DNA of 39,455 nucleotides from a virus (Duplodnaviria; Heunggongvirae; Uroviricota; Caudoviricetes): IMG/VR virus record IMGVR_UViG_2526164602_000034; one strand, 5' to 3'. Shown piece by piece: positions 36,395 to 39,455 of this stretch (position 1 is its first letter; each line of letters starts with the position of its first letter). The notes under the pieces were generated by a model. It saw only the letters and a program-made list of their open reading frames with translations, ran no database searches and was not told where the DNA came from. The position numbers and the translations under genes were made by a program.

Positions 36395-38484
36395 CAGGCC
36401 AGCGGGTCATTTTCTTTTAATTTCGCTTCGAGCAACTGCAATCCCCGCTGGAAATTGCGCTCGTATTCTTCATCAGGCTCATCATCAATGGCAGGTTGCT
36501 GAACGGCCACCGTATTACCTACCGGGCGATAGATGTTTTCCAGCCAGGGCTCCTGCGGCTTGTGCTCCAGCACGTTGACAACCTCATCCTCGGCATCACG
36601 GATTTTTTCCTCTGCGCGTTTACGCATGCCTTTAAGGCGTTGCTGCTGTTTGTAGTATTCCGCGCTAACCGGGAAGGCTTCGCGTTTATTACCGTCCCAT
36701 ACCGCCTCGCAAATCACGCTGCCATCCAGGCGACGTACGGTAATTCGTTCGGCATCATGAATGTCATAGCTGATAAGCACCTTGCGGCCATGCTCATCAC
36801 GCAGCTCGGGCGCGTAGTAAATATTATTCAGCCAGCGTATTTCACAGCGTCTTACAGGGCGTTCCACCATCGGCCGGAACATGTCCCGCAATTCCACATC
36901 GGACAGCCATTCAATTTCCGTGTCCTCTTCCGCCAGGCGTTTTTTTCTGAACTCCGCCGGGCTGTAATGCTTGCCGTTCGGCTTCACCGGTAATTCATCG
37001 TGCGGCCGGTTGTTGTACCACTCAACACCATCACGAATGGCATCAATCAGTTCAGACCAGGACGGTAAATCACGCATCGCTGACTGCTGCCGGGCGTTCA
37101 GCCGTTTGCCCTGTTGCAGGGCAGTAAATGCCGAGCGTAAATCGCGGTTGGTTTTGCGTAACGTCTCGCGATCTGCACCTTTCCCGAAATAGGTGCGGTA
37201 TTTACGGGCTATGCGCATCGGTAATGTGCGGTTAAGCCGTTCGATAATGCCTCGTCCCTGCGGATTACCGGCAATCCCGGTCGGGTGATTAATCCCCAGT
37301 CGCGGCAGTATCCCCACAACCTCCTTATCCAGGATGTCGGCGGTTTCCCCGGAGCCGTTATCCGAGTAATACAGAAACGGTTTGCCGTGATGGCGAATGC
37401 CGTGCTGTATGGCACCGGCTACGGCGAAAACATTTTCAGCCAGGTCAAGGCTCCAGCCCACCACAAAGCGCGTGCCACCGTCGATAACAAAGGTCACTTC
37501 CGGTGCAAATGGCCGACCGTGAACCGGGTGTGCGCATTTCAGCTTCATGCCGTGACCGTCACCAATCCAGACATAATTCACCGGCATTCTGGACCAGTCG
37601 CGGCGCGTGAATCCCTCAAGCTGGCGGTATTCACTGCCGGTCACCCGGCCTTTTTGTTTCACCACTTCCGGCAGTTTCTTCATTGCGCGGCGAATGGTGT
37701 CATAAGACGGCATGATATCGAGCATATAAGGCTCATCAGCGTGCCGGTGCTGCCATTCAGCGACAAAATCCTCGTAAGCCTCGGTCATTGGTCGGCCGTT
37801 TGACTGGCGATACTGCGCCAGAAATTCGGGCAGCCAGTTAATATCTTCGGCTTTTATTTCCTGGCGTTTACCCGGTGCCAGTAAAAGCAGGCGTTCAGCG
37901 GCGTTCTGTGCCTTGTTAAAGGCCGCAATCCATCGCTTCAGCGTGATTTCACTCAACGCACGGCTGTTTCCCTTTTTGGCGTTCGCCGTCTCAACCATTG
38001 CCACAATGCGCTCGTCCAGCTGTGAACGTGCCAGGTTGTCAACGATAAACCGGATAGCCTTCGCGCAGCTGAAACCGGGTTGTTGCGCGACTTTCATCAC
38101 TTCGCTGACGATCGCGATTCGTGCATCAGCCACCTGGCGCTGGTTTTCAGTCAGGGCATTGAGGCGTTCGACCATCAGTTGTGGTGATCCGCGATATGCC
38201 TCCACCGCATCAACCACGTCAGATGAGCGTCTGGCCTTTGTCACCACCGGAGCCGGTGATTCATCGGCTTTTTGCGTCATCAGTTGCAGGGCATAACGTT
38301 CACGTAATGCCTGCTGCGTCACTTCAGGTAAACAGTCGATGCTGTATTCAGTTGCTTTAGAGCCTGAGCGACGACGGGAACAACAGCTTTTCCCTTGTAC
38401 GTAACGTTGTAATGCCTGGCGAATACCTTTTGTTGTAGCAGGCATTCCGGGCGCGCCAATCAGTTCTTTTGCAATGACATACAT
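36394..38484 (-). CDS. A: DDE transposase, Mu A-like
   Basis: 696-aa protein following ner, with a central DDE-type catalytic region (WIGDGHGMK...FVIDGGTRFVVGW...YYSDNGSGE) and the domain order of MuA. Confidence 0.9.
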   Translation of the reverse strand: MYVIAKELIGAPGMPATTKGIRQALQRYVQGKSCCSRRRSGSKATEYSIDCLPEVTQQALRERYALQLMTQKADESPAPVVTKARRSSDVVDAVEAYRGSPQLMVERLNALTENQRQVADARIAIVSEVMKVAQQPGFSCAKAIRFIVDNLARSQLDERIVAMVETANAKKGNSRALSEITLKRWIAAFNKAQNAAERLLLLAPGKRQEIKAEDINWLPEFLAQYRQSNGRPMTEAYEDFVAEWQHRHADEPYMLDIMPSYDTIRRAMKKLPEVVKQKGRVTGSEYRQLEGFTRRDWSRMPVNYVWIGDGHGMKLKCAHPVHGRPFAPEVTFVIDGGTRFVVGWSLDLAENVFAVAGAIQHGIRHHGKPFLYYSDNGSGETADILDKEVVGILPRLGINHPTGIAGNPQGRGIIERLNRTLPMRIARKYRTYFGKGADRETLRKTNRDLRSAFTALQQGKRLNARQQSAMRDLPSWSELIDAIRDGVEWYNNRPHDELPVKPNGKHYSPAEFRKKRLAEEDTEIEWLSDVELRDMFRPMVERPVRRCEIRWLNNIYYAPELRDEHGRKVLISYDIHDAERITVRRLDGSVICEAVWDGNKREAFPVSAEYYKQQQRLKGMRKRAEEKIRDAEDEVVNVLEHKPQEPWLENIYRPVGNTVAVQQPAIDDEPDEEYERNFQRGLQLLEAKLKENDPLA

Positions 38485-38485
38485 A

Positions 38486-38734
38486 TCATGACGCCTTTCT
38501 CATATAGCTCTTAACCTGGTATCTACTGGGCCAGATTTCTTCAGGCGATACCCCAAGAGCATCAGCAATTATTTGCTGATACGGTCGGCAAGGAGTACGT
38601 AATACGCTTTTCAGCGAATCCCTGCTGTAACCAGCCTTTAAAGATAAAGAGCGCAGTGATAAGCCAGCCATGTGTAAGCGCGCCTTGATGATTTCAGGCG
38701 GCCAATCGTGATCTGAAACTTCTCTTCTACTCAT
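38486..38734 (-). CDS. ner: Ner-like DNA-binding regulator
   Basis: 82-aa protein; EIIKARLHMAGLSLRSLSLKAGYSRDSL...IIADALGVSPEEIWPSRYQ parallels Mu Ner (ViAGLKKRKLSLSALSRQFGY...IIANALETKPEVIWPSRYQ). Confidence 0.85.
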   Translation of the reverse strand: MSRREVSDHDWPPEIIKARLHMAGLSLRSLSLKAGYSRDSLKSVLRTPCRPYQQIIADALGVSPEEIWPSRYQVKSYMRKAS

Positions 38735-38924
38735 ACTTCCTCTATTCTAAAAAGTTACCCGCGCGGATATTCGTGCGGATATCTGCACGGGTAAATAATG
38801 CATCACCAAAAATACCAAATCAAGGTATTTTTGGTATTTTGGCTAATTTTTGCTTTTATCCTTATTTTTCAATTGGATAAATAGAAAGAAACCTTTCCTT
38901 AGAAAAGCACCAAGAGGTATCTTT
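38735..38924. promoter_or_regulatory. Divergent early/repressor control region with operator-like repeats
   Basis: Direct repeat GCGGATAT at 38763-38770 and 38775-38782; perfect 11-bp inverted repeat CCAAAAATACC (38806-38816) / GGTATTTTTGG (38824-38834); AT-rich region between the ner and c starts. Confidence 0.6.
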
Positions 38925-39455
38925 ATGTCGCAGGGAAAAGAACCTGTTATTGAACGTATTGGAATGCTTACAAAGCGCTACCCTTCAAGAAGTGCAGCTG
39001 CCAGAGCGTGGGGAATCAATATCAACACATTAAACAGCTATTTCAAGGGAGGACAAACACAACCAGCCCCCAGAGAAAGTATCCTTATACGAATTTCTGA
39101 AAGTGAAGGAGTTAGTCTTGAGTGGCTTAAAGAGGGCAAGGGTGAATCACCAAACGATGTTGGTATTTGTGGTAATTTTGGTTGTTCTGGTGATAAGGGA
39201 GATCAACTTACACAGATGCTTTCATTCCTTACGAAAGACGAACGAGAACAGTTAACCAATCTCCTTGCTCGCAAAGGTGTAGAGACGGTTCTGACACTGC
39301 TGGATAAAGAAAACCAGGATTTATTACAACTAGAAGGCAGGAAGCGCCTGGCTGCGTTGATGATTGTAGATATGCCAGACGATTGCGTCAGAGAGATTTT
39401 GGAAAAAACCGAGACAAGTAGGCAATCAAATCCGGTAGAATCTAAAGCGGGTTAG
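38925..39455 (+). CDS. c: Repressor c (Mu Repc-like)
   Basis: Divergent from ner as in Mu; ATG at 38925 with AAGAGG RBS (the track ORF starts at an upstream TTG inside the operator region); HTH-like N-terminal part and a C-terminal region resembling Mu Repc. Confidence 0.7.
   Translation: MSQGKEPVIERIGMLTKRYPSRSAAARAWGININTLNSYFKGGQTQPAPRESILIRISESEGVSLEWLKEGKGESPNDVGICGNFGCSGDKGDQLTQMLSFLTKDEREQLTNLLARKGVETVLTLLDKENQDLLQLEGRKRLAALMIVDMPDDCVREILEKTETSRQSNPVESKAG

Larger units (their letters stand above)
955..39455 (-). mobile_element. Mu-like transposable prophage, right end to repressor gene (left end outside window), inverted relative to window
   Basis: Collinear Mu gene order: c, ner, A, B, gam, gemA, Mor/C, lys, terminase, portal, F, G, I, T, sheath, tube, tape measure, baseplate, tail fibre, gin, com, mom. 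Terminal TG at 955 followed by repeated TTTGATACC motifs. Confidence 0.85.

Noticed and set aside
38850-38924. N-terminal 25-aa extension of the repressor ORF
   Set aside because: Starts at a TTG inside the operator-like repeat region with no RBS; the ATG at 38925 has a good AAGAGG RBS.

Overview
Almost the whole window is one Mu-like transposable prophage, read from its right (mom) end at about position 955 to the stop codon of its repressor gene at 39455; the left end lies beyond the window. The phage map is inverted relative to window coordinates, so phage rightward genes are on the minus strand. The prophage has inserted into the host urease alpha-subunit gene ureC, leaving only its 5' part (1..957). 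Gene order from high to low coordinates follows Mu: repressor c (+), ner, transposase A, ATPase B, an early region of small genes with gam and gemA, an intrinsic terminator, a Mor/C-family activator, lysis genes, terminase, portal, head genes, sheath, tube, tape measure, baseplate, tail fibre, a Gin-invertible segment, gin, and com-mom at the extreme right end. The most interesting parts are accessory: a 3.2 kb insertion between gin and com (absent from Mu as I recall it) carrying a 679-aa sialate-O-acetylesterase-like enzyme and a small AT-rich cassette; a reduced G-like invertible segment with two tail-fibre tips but only one assembly chaperone; and a run of uncharacterised small early genes that are candidate anti-defence or host-takeover functions. 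All calls rest on reading the ORF translations, motifs, gene order and local structure by eye; no database search was possible. I found no CRISPR array, rRNA or convincing tRNA.
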